From Thalia democratica (lineage: Eukaryota): a DNA stretch of 64,000 nt. The stretch spans positions 104,532,001 to 104,596,000 of the forward strand of contig OZ241826.1 of NCBI GenBank assembly GCA_965202585.1, in the 5' to 3' direction. Each line of letters begins with the position of its first letter. Within the stretch, counting starts at the first letter, position 1. Below the pieces are notes generated by a model. The model saw only the letters and a program-made list of their open reading frames with translations. It made no database searches and was not told the origin of the DNA. Position numbers and translations under genes: made by a program. Below, one piece after another: positions 28,301 to 38,600 of the stretch.

Positions 28301-29991
28301 TGGTAAATAATATTTAATATTATTTTATTACTCTCACTTGCATACAGTGTGTACAAAAACATTTAAAACAACCTTTTGTTATATATATAATTATATTTAT
28401 TAAATTATGAAAAACAATAGTTTAGATGACCGTTTCGTTTATGAGATATACAACCTCATATACTCATAAGAGAGCTAAAAGTTTATTTACAATGTTAAAC
28501 AGAAATTTGGATCAAATTTGAAATTTGTAGCTTAAAAAAATGATATTATTATATATAAAAAAAATCGGGGTCATTACACAATAGCTGTGTAGCATTGCTA
28601 GCTAAATACGTTAATTTATTTAAATATACAAATCACAGAAGTTGTCGATTATTTTATTTAACTACCAATAAATTTCTAGGTGTGGATTATTGCTCTATAT
28701 TAATTAAAATTGTACATTGAAATATTTAAATAATCGAAATTTTGTAAAAGGTGTGGATTGTTGGAGTCTCTTGTTGCATTGATGGAACTTCCGGAAGATC
28801 AAAGCAAAGATGAGCATTTCGCTGATATCGATCAATCTTCAGGTAAATATTAATAAAGTATAATAAAATTTAAGTTAAGATGAGCATTTTGCTGATATTG
28901 ATCAAAGTTCAGGTAAATATTAAATAAAATAATATAAATAAATAATAAATACCAAAGATAAGCATTTTGCTGATATCGACCAGACTTCAGCTGAAAAAAC
29001 AAAAACCTTATAATGTTTAAATTGTACTATAAAAATATTGTTATGTACAAACTATTTTAAACAGGATACCAGAACCATTACTCTCAGCTGAACTATGTAA
29101 AGTTAATTATGAGAATATTATTAAGTTTAATATATTTTAAACAGTGTAAACCTTTTAACATTTACGTTGTGCGAAATTTTATTGTTGATAATTTTCAAAT
29201 ATATCAAATATTTTAACTAGGATACCAGAACCAGTACTCTCAGCTGAATTTCGCCAAGAAGCATTTCGTAGACGAAACCGGAGTCAAGAACCCCAAGCAG
29301 TATCTCGCGCAGCAGATTTCAGAACTTTCCAAATCAGTATCTGTTAGTTTTATTAATTTAATATTATAATCGTTGTATGTTTTGATTTTTAGAAAACAAA
29401 TAAAGAGATCTCAACTACTAGAGGAGAAATAATGAATTTATTCTTTCAAGACTGTATTTTAATATTTTATATAAAATATTATAATTATTGTGCTATCTGT
29501 TTAAGTTTTTGTGAGTTTGTTTTGTTGTTAACAAAAACATACTGCGCTTTCCATAATAATTGATTTTCGAAAAAGTTTTATGTTAATGTGTTTTATTATC
29601 GAATTTAATTTTTTAAAAGTATTTTTGTTTTAAACCAACTTGTGTAACATTACTTTTATGACCTGTTGAGTTGGTAAAGTAACTAACACACATTAAAATA
29701 TGTTTCTCAATGTACTAGTGGGTATTTTGAATTTCAACTGAAACTTATACTTAAACAATTCTAGTATAAGCTACTTAACTACTTATGTTTTTAAAATCTT
29801 ATAATATTTCCAGTCATGTCTTCATTTCACAGCGTAACGAAATCATCTCATTTATTGAAACTTATACGCTTAAACTTAACAAAAACAAACTATTTTCACA
29901 GGTCAGAGTGAAGCTGCAGAATTTGAACGGAACAGTGCAGAAGCATATTCAGAACTACATGACTCAAGCGAGCGTCAACATCCACTCTTGA
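1308..29991 (+). CDS. CSE1L: Exportin-2 / CSE1-like (importin-alpha re-exporter), 5'-partial, 19 coding exons, about 840 aa in window
   Basis: Manually spliced GT-AG exons stay in frame: 1308-1428, 1742-1883, 3084-3140, 3513-3605, 4369-4536, 5271-5372, 6220-6313, 6685-6794, 10086-10260, 11541-11742, 12211-12412, 25308-25482, 25695-25840, 26812-26936, 27296-27460, 28054-28200, 28751-28842, 29221-29336, 29902-29991 (TGA). Peptides match recalled CSE1L motifs: [143 protein letters not shown]. Confidence 0.96.
1918..2227. mobile_element. MITE, CAGGGTTGCC family
   Basis: CAGGGTTGCCAAA ... TTTGGCAACCCTG; interior similar to 438-798; no clear TSD. Confidence 0.75.
3251..3412. mobile_element. Short hAT/Charlie-like MITE
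   Basis: CAGCGGTTCTCAAC ... GTTGAGAACCCCTG termini; TSD not evident. Confidence 0.6.
4925..5315 (+). repeat. 4 tandem copies (about 104-114 bp period) of acceptor + 5' end of CSE1L exon 5271
   Basis: CAG|CTCGT[A/G]TCG..GGAATCAA..TT[A/T]TGAAATC.GTTTGCGA with copy starts at 4945, 5049, 5163 and real exon 5271. Confidence 0.93.
5915..6262 (+). repeat. 4 tandem copies of acceptor + 5' end of CSE1L exon 6220
   Basis: CAG|GTA[T/A]TTTG.CC.AA.AT.ATGTTAAGAGA with copy starts at about 5925, 6052, 6136 and real exon 6220. Confidence 0.93.
9315..10110 (+). repeat. Tandem array of 10 x about 83 bp units containing the acceptor and 5' end of CSE1L exon 10086
   Basis: TTACTTATGACGTAATAATCGC[A/G]CAG|GAGTACGCGG unit starts at 9315, 9399, 9482, 9565, 9648, 9731, 9815, 9898, 9981, 10060; the last unit is the real exon. 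Confidence 0.95.
11133..11436. mobile_element. hAT-like MITE (GGCCCGCGGGCC family)
   Basis: CAGGTGTTGGCA ... TGCCGACCCCTG; flanks TCCTGGCC/TCCTAACC (6/8 match); related to 51912-52262 and a partial copy near 18030. Confidence 0.7.
13655..14342. mobile_element. Nested MITEs: 13724-14092 (TSD TTTAAC) inserted in an older related copy 13655-14342
   Basis: Inner CAGGGTTGCCAC ... GTGGCAACTCTG flanked by TTTAAC on both sides; outer CAGGGTTTCAAA ... TTTGGCAACCCTG. Confidence 0.72.
15614..17935. mobile_element. Non-autonomous DNA transposon, 15-bp perfect TIR, 6-bp TSD TGAAAA, carrying a nested element
   Basis: CAGGGTTCGTGCGCG ... CGCGCACGAACCCTG; TGAAAA on both sides; GTCAGGCTAA subterminal repeats near both ends. 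Confidence 0.85.
15928..17340. mobile_element. 1.4-kb non-autonomous TIR element nested in 15614-17935
   Basis: CAGGGTTGCCAC ... GTGGCAACCCTG with many CTCAGGGAA subterminal repeats at both ends; a degenerate relative lies at about 49880-50180. Confidence 0.8.
19000..25357 (+). repeat. Tandem array of about 75 x 81-82 bp units (plus 2 diverged 5' copies), derived from the CSE1L intron-exon junction at 25308
   Basis: Unit ACACAG|AATCCTACCAACCCTCTATTCAATCACTATTTGTTCGAAACATTCTGTTT|GTAAATTAATAATAAATTAATACTTA. Exon-copy starts at 19189, 19271, 19353, 19434 and onward; the last copy runs into the true exon at 25308. Confidence 0.97.
28130..28320 (+). repeat. Tandem duplication (102-bp offset) of the 3' end + donor of CSE1L exon 28054-28200
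   Basis: TTTTGTTGCTTACACCAATCTGCT...CAATCACCTGTG|GT occurs ending at 28200 (donor GTGAGT) and at 28302 (donor GTAAAT). Confidence 0.92.
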
Positions 29992-30527
29992 TAATACGAA
30001 CATTGAACAGACCGTTTGTGTGTATCTCTTGAGACTTTATTCTTCTTGAATGTTGACTTCTTTTGGTATCTTTCTGGCGAATGAAATATATTTTGCCAAA
30101 CTTATTTTTACTTCATTATAACCCTTTTACATTTCTTCAGATTTGAACTTTTAAGACTCTAATAATTTATTTTATCATACTTTATATGCTTTGAAAAACA
30201 ACTTGTTTTAAAGTTTATAAGTACTTTTACGTTTTTATTATTTTCATCTCTGAGAAACAACTTTGTCATACAACTTCTTTTTTTAAATAGAAAACTAGAA
30301 AACTTAATCTTTTTACCGAAAACTAATCTTTTTAACCCTTAAAACACTTTTAAAATTATGTTTTTTCAAACTCTGAACCTGTTTATCTTTTATCTTTTTC
30401 TCTCTGTTTTATTTTTGTGTGACTGATGTGTTAGGTCCGATATTTGATAGGTAAAATGTCTGTCAATAAAATTTAGATGTATTTGTGCTTGTTTCATTAC
30501 TCATAGTTTTTGATAAATAATTTCTTT

Positions 30528-31026
30528 CAGGGTTGCCAAAATACCTGGAATTCTGGAAATACCTGGAATTTGAGAAATTTTGAAAAGAAAAACTCGAAAA
30601 ACCTGTAATTTTATACAATTTTTACCATAGTATAGATCTATACCATTTTTACAATAGTATAGATATAAACAAATTTATGCAAATTGTATATTTTATTCGC
30701 GGCCGGTTTCGGTGGCAAAAAATTGCGACCAAAATTGCAAAAAATTGTGACTAAAAGAGCTTTTATTTTTAGTTAAGGCAAAATCAAAGTATAGAAATTT
30801 AGATTTGACTCAAAAAAGCTATCATAAATATAAATTTTTTTGTTGTTACCAAAATTTTTTGTTTAAAAAAAATATTTAAAGTATCTTCACATTATCTTCT
30901 CAATGTTTTTATACTACTTAACACGGTTTTCAACCCCAAGCTTAAGTTGAAACTAAAAATAGACCCCGAAAAACGTGTACTTTTAAAAACTTGGAAGAAA
31001 TTTCTCAAAAACAAGTGACAACCCTG
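30528..31026. mobile_element. MITE, CAGGGTTGCC family, about 540 bp downstream of the CSE1L stop
   Basis: CAGGGTTGCCAAAATACCTGGAA ... GTGACAACCCTG; flanks TTCTTT/TTCTTC (5/6 match). Confidence 0.75.
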
Positions 31027-31449
31027 TTCTTCAATGAATTTTAGTTTGATTGTTACAAGTTTTTAATATTTTAAGGTCATAAAACTAATTTTTTCCTTCT
31101 TGATGCATTTGTATTGTATTTTTTATAAATAGATTTTATTATATTCCGACTGAAAAGGTCAAACCAATCTTGGCACTGTTCTAACGTTAAGTTACATTAA
31201 GGAAAAATATTGGTTAAATACGTATTAATATTTTTGAATCAATGTTTTGTTTATTTAAAAATTATACAAATAAATAATTATGCATGCATTTGTGTGAGAG
31301 CTGACTGGATGACAATTCAATTTTTCCACAAACTATAACTCTTTTGAAAACAAAAAAGCAACTTGAAGATTAGTTCATTTAGGTCAATAGTGATATCAAT
31401 TAAAACGATAAATTTTCACAAAAAAAGTTTTATTCACAACTGTTAAGAT

Positions 31450-31956
31450 GGGAACAGGTCAAAATTGCACGCGGTTACTTAATTGCACTAGGGGACTAAA
31501 CTGCACGAAGATACTTTTGCACAAGGGGACAAATTGCACCGTAATTTTTGCCTGAGAGTAAAAAAAAAATAATTAAAAGATAAGTTTGTAAAAAAAATAA
31601 AAGTCAATGACCGAGGGAAAAGGTTAGCGGTAAAAGTGATAGTAAACATAAAAAAAAACTAATAAAAATTGTTATTAAAAACTCCAGAAAAATGAATGAA
31701 TAAAAATATACTAAATAAAAAGAAAAAAAAAACTACCAACTAATTGTTACGGGTAATCGGGTAAAAGTAAAAATTAATTATCAAGAAAAAAAGTTTTCGA
31801 CCGAGGGTAATAGTGATAGTAAATTAAAAAAAAAAACTAAATTAGAATTAAAAACAATTCAACCCGTGCGAAATTGTCTGCTCGTGCAAAAGTTTCTTCG
31901 TGCAATTTTGTCCCTTCGTACATTTTTGTACGCTTGTGCAAATTTGACAGCTACCC
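31450..31956. mobile_element. Probable MITE with TTGCAC subterminal repeats
   Basis: GGGAACAGGTCAAAATTGCAC ... GTGCAAATTTGACAGCTACCC imperfect TIR; multiple TTGCAC/GTGCAA motifs in mirrored orientation. Confidence 0.5.
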
Positions 31957-34900
31957 ACTAAAAATAACCATTAAATTTAGTAAATTTTAATTTGCTTTGA
32001 TCAGATCTCAAAAACAGGTTTTAAAACTAAATGTTTAAAATAGTGAACACTCTGGTAAATTAAAATATGAGATAAGTTTGTAATCTTTACACGTTATTCG
32101 TGTAAATTATAATTAGGCTTGCTACTAACTGTTTCAAATATCAAGGCAATTAAAAAACAAACTGTTATATCTATTTAACTTTGAAAATATTTGAAAATTT
32201 ACTTTAAAAGATCATTGAATTTCTTAAGTGTTTATGTAAATTATGGTAAAAACTTTGTGTCTTTAAAATATGATCATAAGTTTATCGGATAAGTATGTTA
32301 TTTTATCGAGTACCAAAATGTGATCTAGGTTAAGAATTCACTGAGTAAGTACACAGAAAAAGTTATAAATAACTTATGCGTAAGGCTAACTTTTTTTTTC
32401 TAATTAACTAAAATATGACTTTTTGTCAGCTAGAATGCTTCAAAATTTTAAAATGTAAGTTTAGATGCATGGAAATTTTTGAATTTAAAAAACTAGCTTT
32501 TTATGATAGATTAACAAATTGTGAACTTTTTTCTAAATAGAAATTTGTTTTTTAGGCTTTATTTTACTATGTGTTGAAAAATTTCAGTTCAAACTTTTGA
32601 AAAGTTTCGATTTACTAAAAGTATTGGCAGTATGTATTTTTTGAGTAGACCATTAAACTGTTTATTTTCTCAATGAGCATTTGGTTTTGTTTTATATAAA
32701 TTCTTGAAAGTTTGAGATTTTTTTTTGTTTTAAGTAGATATTATAAAAATTCTTACCAGTAATGTACCTTTCAATAGGCGTAAACAAGAATAATATATCA
32801 GTTAAAGAGTAGTATCATAAAGTTAGTGTTGATGTAGCTAAGTTTATTTAAAAAGTTTAAGAGTAAACTAAACATGATTTTAAAAAAGAACAAGGTTAAC
32901 TTGCACTCAATGAAAAAGTTAAATAATAATTAAGTTCCGAAGTTTCAATGCTTTTAGATTATCTTCACGGGGACATGACTAGTTATATAATTAAAAACAA
33001 CAAAATAAAAAATATACTAAAATATACTGTTATTAGTAGGCTACTCTTTTACAAACGACCTGATACGTCGTTTTATATGTTTACAAGCTAAATTGAGCGC
33101 GGACCAACAAATTTTAGAAAAAATGTGAGCAAAACCAGAGGAATGTCTGAAATTGCGTGCAAACCTTAATAACTTTAGATTTTGATTTTTATTTATTTTG
33201 AAATTTTATTTATATATAGCTTATTAAACGACAAAAAAAGTTGCTCTAAATTTTTGGTATGAAGACAAAGCACCTTTCGGTTGTAGATTTGCACACCTAC
33301 CTATTGGATACCTTTTAACGTCTTATCCAGGACAAGTTTGTACATGTAACGATCACAATCTCCTTTTAAAAGTTAATTTAAAGTTATATATATTTTTTAG
33401 TTCTTATGTTACTAAACAAGATTTATAACACAAAATTCAGTTAATTTTCATTTAGTATTCTTTTCTTTCATTTCATTAAATTGATTGTTTTATTACTAAA
33501 GATTTAAATGTTTAAATGATAAAAACTATGTGCAATCGCTCGTAAGAAAATTTATAAGCATGTGGTGTACGACTCGATAACCGAAAGCTTCCCTTGTACA
33601 CCAAACCCTTAGACCAAACTTTTTGAGCGTTTTTTTTTTCATCGTTCAATAAACAACATGTAACACTAGATATCTTGCAACGTTCATTTCAGAGAACTTT
33701 TAAATCCGTTATCAGGCCACACTACTTCTTAGCTGCTTTTGTAGTTTAACAGCCTAGCAACTTGTTTTCATTTTTTCTTTGTAGAGACTATAAAAATTCT
33801 CACTTAAACTTTTAAAAGTTATAATTTACTTCTGAAAACTAAATTTAATATTTATGGCAAATAATGTACATAAATATAAACTAACAAGACAATTTTATAA
33901 GTGAGTCGAAGATGAACTGTAGCTTTAGTGTTAGTGGTTTTTTGACTATTTAGAGACTGTGAATAGTAAGCAACTTAAGAAAAAGACCTGTGCACAAATG
34001 ATTAAAAAGTTAGTATAAAAAAATTAAATTAGTTTATCAAGCTCTTTGCTAGTTTGTTAATTTTTACTAACACACCTATTTGAGCATTTTAAAATTTTGA
34101 GAATATTTTGTTTTTAAAGTTTTAAAGCAATACTTTATTAAAAATACTCTGCAATTTAGTTTTAATTAACACTCCAAAATAACAACTGATTGCTAGGCAT
34201 GGGTAGAATTAAATTTAAAACAGTGTTTTTTAATAATGGCATAGATTTTTTAAAGATAAGTTTTTGCAAAACACTTTTTGGAAACTACTTAAGTTTTGTT
34301 ATATAACTAACTGTAAATTAATTAAGTTTTTATCCTTTAATAAAATATTTGATACAAGGTTGTTTTTGTAAAGAATAAAATCAGAAAAACTAATAATTTT
34401 GTATGCCTTTACTTCTATATAAGTTTTATGTCTGTTAGTTATTGCTTACTTTTAGTTTAACTGTTTTGTTTAGTCACTCGATTTTAATTTTGGTAAAAAC
34501 AGCTTCAAAAGCTCACTAAAACTTAATTTTTAATTTAAAAATATCTAAGTTTAGTGGTAACTAATTTACACAAGCGACTAATCTTGAAGAAAAGTAATAA
34601 AATTTCATTTCTATTTATTAAAGAAGATTTTACCCCCACTTCTAAAAAAAGTTTACAAGAAACTAGTAAAGTTTTATATAAAAGGGACCAAAAGAATATT
34701 TTGTTTCAAGTATTAAAGTTCCTTTTCTTTGCAAATGGCTATACTACAAAATTATAAATATTTTTTTGAAGTTTTGAGGCATAAACTGTTTTTAACTTTT
34801 AGTTGTATTCAAGTAACTTAAAAAGAGCAAGACTAGATGTTGTATAGTTGTAAAACTTAGGTTATTAGAAATTAATTAATTTTTTTTTTCTAAAAACAAA

Positions 34901-35653
34901 GTATGCGTCTGAACTAAACTTTCTTTTAGCATTTTAAGTTAAGCAAATAATAATATTTTTTTTTATAAGATGATTACTTAAAACATTGCATTTCGTTTAC
35001 TAATCGTAAGTATGTTCATTAGCTTTAAATCTATATTATTACTAAATAGCATATACTATTCTAACTTTAGCATGTATTCACCTGTTATTAATATGATTTT
35101 TTAAATTGATAGTTTAAAGTTATAAGTTTTACTTTGTTTGTTCTTTACACATGTATTCCAGTTTTATTTCAAGTTCAACTGAGGATCTCGATGGACTACT
35201 TCAAAAGATTGAAACGTTGTTTTGACTTAATTAACAAATAAATCAGACATTAAAAAACAATTTAAGCATTTCGAATTAAGAATTTATCTAGTATTTTTTA
35301 GAAGTAGGTAAGCAAAAACAATACCCTTGAACAATTACAAGAATTTTTAAATTTTATAGTTTAACTGTTTTGGTTTTATATGTCAGTTTAAACAAACTTA
35401 ATCAAAGCTTTACTTTTTTTTATATAGATACAAGATTGAATGATATTTAGTTAAAAAAGAAACAAATTAAACAAATCTTTTAAAGTTTATTTAATTTGAA
35501 ATTATGAAAGTTACCAAAAACTCTTCTGGTTCAAAGTTTAATCTAAAAAGCATACATAAAAACATTACCGGTTTAATTTTGAACAAGCTTTATTTACAAC
35601 AAAATCAGAAAATGTACACTAAAATAAAAATCCATTAACACAAAAATATTTGT

Positions 35654-38600
35654 TTAGTTGTTCATGCCAAGACTCCTGAGAAAGTTTTGAAACATCTGCA
35701 TCAGTTGCGACATTTGAGCGTTCTGACCACTCTGCTCTTCTTCTTGGACATTCTGGCTGTTTTGCTGATTGCCAAATTGGCTCCCGGGTCCCATGCCGAA
35801 ACTTGGTCGCGGTCTGCCCTGACCGAATCCGCCAAAACCTAAGCAATTATATGTTCAAGTCAATATATTCTATAAAAATTACCAGAAGTTGTAAACTAGA
35901 AAAAAATGAAAAAGAAGCTATTTTTAAACAAAACTTAATGTATAAGTGCTAGGTCGAAAAACTTTGTTTTATGTAATTGTTGTTTACAGTATGTTTTGTA
36001 TGTATGAGAAAAGTTGACTGAAATAGTAAGTTTTTTGTAAACAAAATTAATTTTTTTATTTGCAAAATTGAGTACTTTTTTATACAATACTTTTTCTGTT
36101 ATACTAATTAAAAGTAGTATAAATTCTGAGAAATTAACCGGTATTTAAAAATCGTAAAAAAAATGTATATAAAATGATATTTATATTTAAAGTTTTTACC
36201 TTGCTGGTTACCCATGGGTGGCCTCATACCAAACGGTCTAAACCCACCGGGCCTTCCTCCAGGCCTCATACCAGGTCTGAAACCACCAGGTCTGCCCATA
36301 CCAGGTCTCATACCACCCGGACCACCCATACCTCCGGGACGTCCAAACGGTCTGGTGTTGTTCGGTCTGGTCATGTTGTTTGGGTTTCCCATGCCTTTAA
36401 GAAAAACAACATTTTAGTTTTAAATATCTTATGTAAAATACTTAAATTTGAAACTAAAAAAGTACTATTCTTATGGCTTTATCAAAGAAAACGTTCAAAT
36501 TTTTTTAAATACTACTTTTTTAAAGTGTTTTTAATTTGTTGTATCATGTATGTAATAATTAATTTTTCTTTCCTACTAATTCATTTTTATATCACAATTA
36601 TGTATACATATATGTAGCACATACCTGGTCTCATTCCAGGCCTCATGTTATTCGGACCACCGAAGCCAGGTCTCATGTTATCCGGACCACCGAAACCAGG
36701 TCTCATGTTATTACCACCCTGTCCGCCCATACCGGGTCTCATACCTTGTCCCATTCCACCCTGGCCCATACCTCCTGGTCCTAAAACGTTTAAATACATT
36801 TTGTAAAGTAATCCTAAGTTCATTATTATCTAAAATAGTTTTGAAAGGAAAGTTTAAAATATAAATTAGGTTTGATAAGCTTAATTTTTTTCTTTAGTTT
36901 TTCTGGCAATTTTAAAGCTGAATAAAGATAATAACACTATTTGCATCTTTATCACGTACCAGGCCTCATTCCCTGACCCATCATGCCCCCACCTTGAACT
37001 TCGATGGACTGGTCAGCAGTTGGTATGTTGGTGTTGGTGTTAGTCACGTGGTCGCAAGATGAACCAAATACGCAACATTTGAACGAACCTGACGTTGACA
37101 GAAGGTTGCCAAGATTCTGATAAATGTTGGTATAAAAATAATGTACTTAGTTAATCTTGAAAATGTTTATTATTTTTAATAAAATCTTTACAGTGCTCGA
37201 TGCTTTAGTTTGAATCAATTTTGTTATAGTTAAATTTTTAATAATTTTAACTGAATCAAAGAACTAAATAATGTAAATAATTATTTTATGAGGTTATAAA
37301 CTCAAAAGATTTAGTGTATTACAGACTATAAATTTCTAAAGCTGCAAATGAAAGTGATAAAAAGGCAAGTTTTTTATTTAAATAATGTATGTGTAAAATA
37401 ATGTTCGAAAAATATACAACTACTAACCGTGTTACTAGATGCCGGACTATAGCCACCCTGTAAAATTAGTATAATAAAAAGGGTAAAACTACGTATTAAA
37501 AGCGTACCATTGCTTATTATGTATTTGTCAATAAAAACATTTATTGTGCTTTATACAATAAATATAACAACTATTTAGCAAAAACTTAAAAAACCTAGTT
37601 TAAGTTTCCAAAGACTTTGTAAAAAGCACATAAGAAGTTATAAAAATGGATTAAGTAAACTATGATTTGTTGTTTTAAGAAATTAAAACAAGTATTTTAA
37701 CTTCGAATAAGTGCTTTTTAATAGTATCACATTATTTTACTTGTCTTAAAAAAAGTACAATGTACTTATAGTATTTAATGTTGTTATTTAAACAAACTTT
37801 TTGTGAAAAAACTATCTGACCAGTTAATACTATTTTAATAATCTATTAACAAATAAAAAAAAAAAAGATACATACGATACTACTTTTGATATAAGTAGAA
37901 TGACTAATATTGTTAAAAAAAATTCAAAAAAGTAGTATTACTACAAATATTAATAAATAATAACTGAATTAAAGTATAAAAATACGAGCATCAACTTATA
38001 TAAGTGCTTTATTCAACTATTTTTTAAAACTAAGGGAAGTAATTTACTTGTAATTATGAAGAGTTGCGTACTAATACTTATTTGCAAGCTTCGTAACTCT
38101 AAAAAGTTTTTTTTAGCAATAACTTTCGTACAAAGCTCTAAAAAAACACACAAGGATAGCGTGATAACAACTTCATTAAAACTTATAAATGGTATATATT
38201 AACGTGCTAACAAAGTATCATAGGTATCGAGTTACAAGTTATTAAACTGATAAACTCGCAGAAATTATCGACAATATTGCAGCTTAAATGGCCTTCAGCA
38301 ACAATTGAACCGTAAATTGCAAATTGCGTTTGTATGCTGCTTCATTGAAGAGAAAAGTTCAATATTATCTGTAATACAGCTTGAACTTTAGGAGAGAAAA
38401 TATTATCAGAAATTAACAAATTTCACGGACAGAAAGCAAAAATTATTTAGTTAAAGGGCATTTTAAAAGTTATTAAGTTTTCTTTTAAAAACTACAAAGT
38501 TGATAAGTATCTAATTTTGTGAAATAACAAACACTTTATTACTAAATATTCAATCTAAACGTTTTACTTGAAAACAGAAGTTTAGTTGTCATCAAAGTTT

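Noticed and set aside
33220-33652. Degenerate inverted repeat (arms about 33220-33282 and 33580-33652)
   Set aside because: Probably an old MITE, but too decayed to define termini or a TSD.
36174-36617. Plus-strand ORFs of 147 and 67 aa
   Set aside because: Antisense shadows of the Gly/Pro-rich YHYH tail exons.
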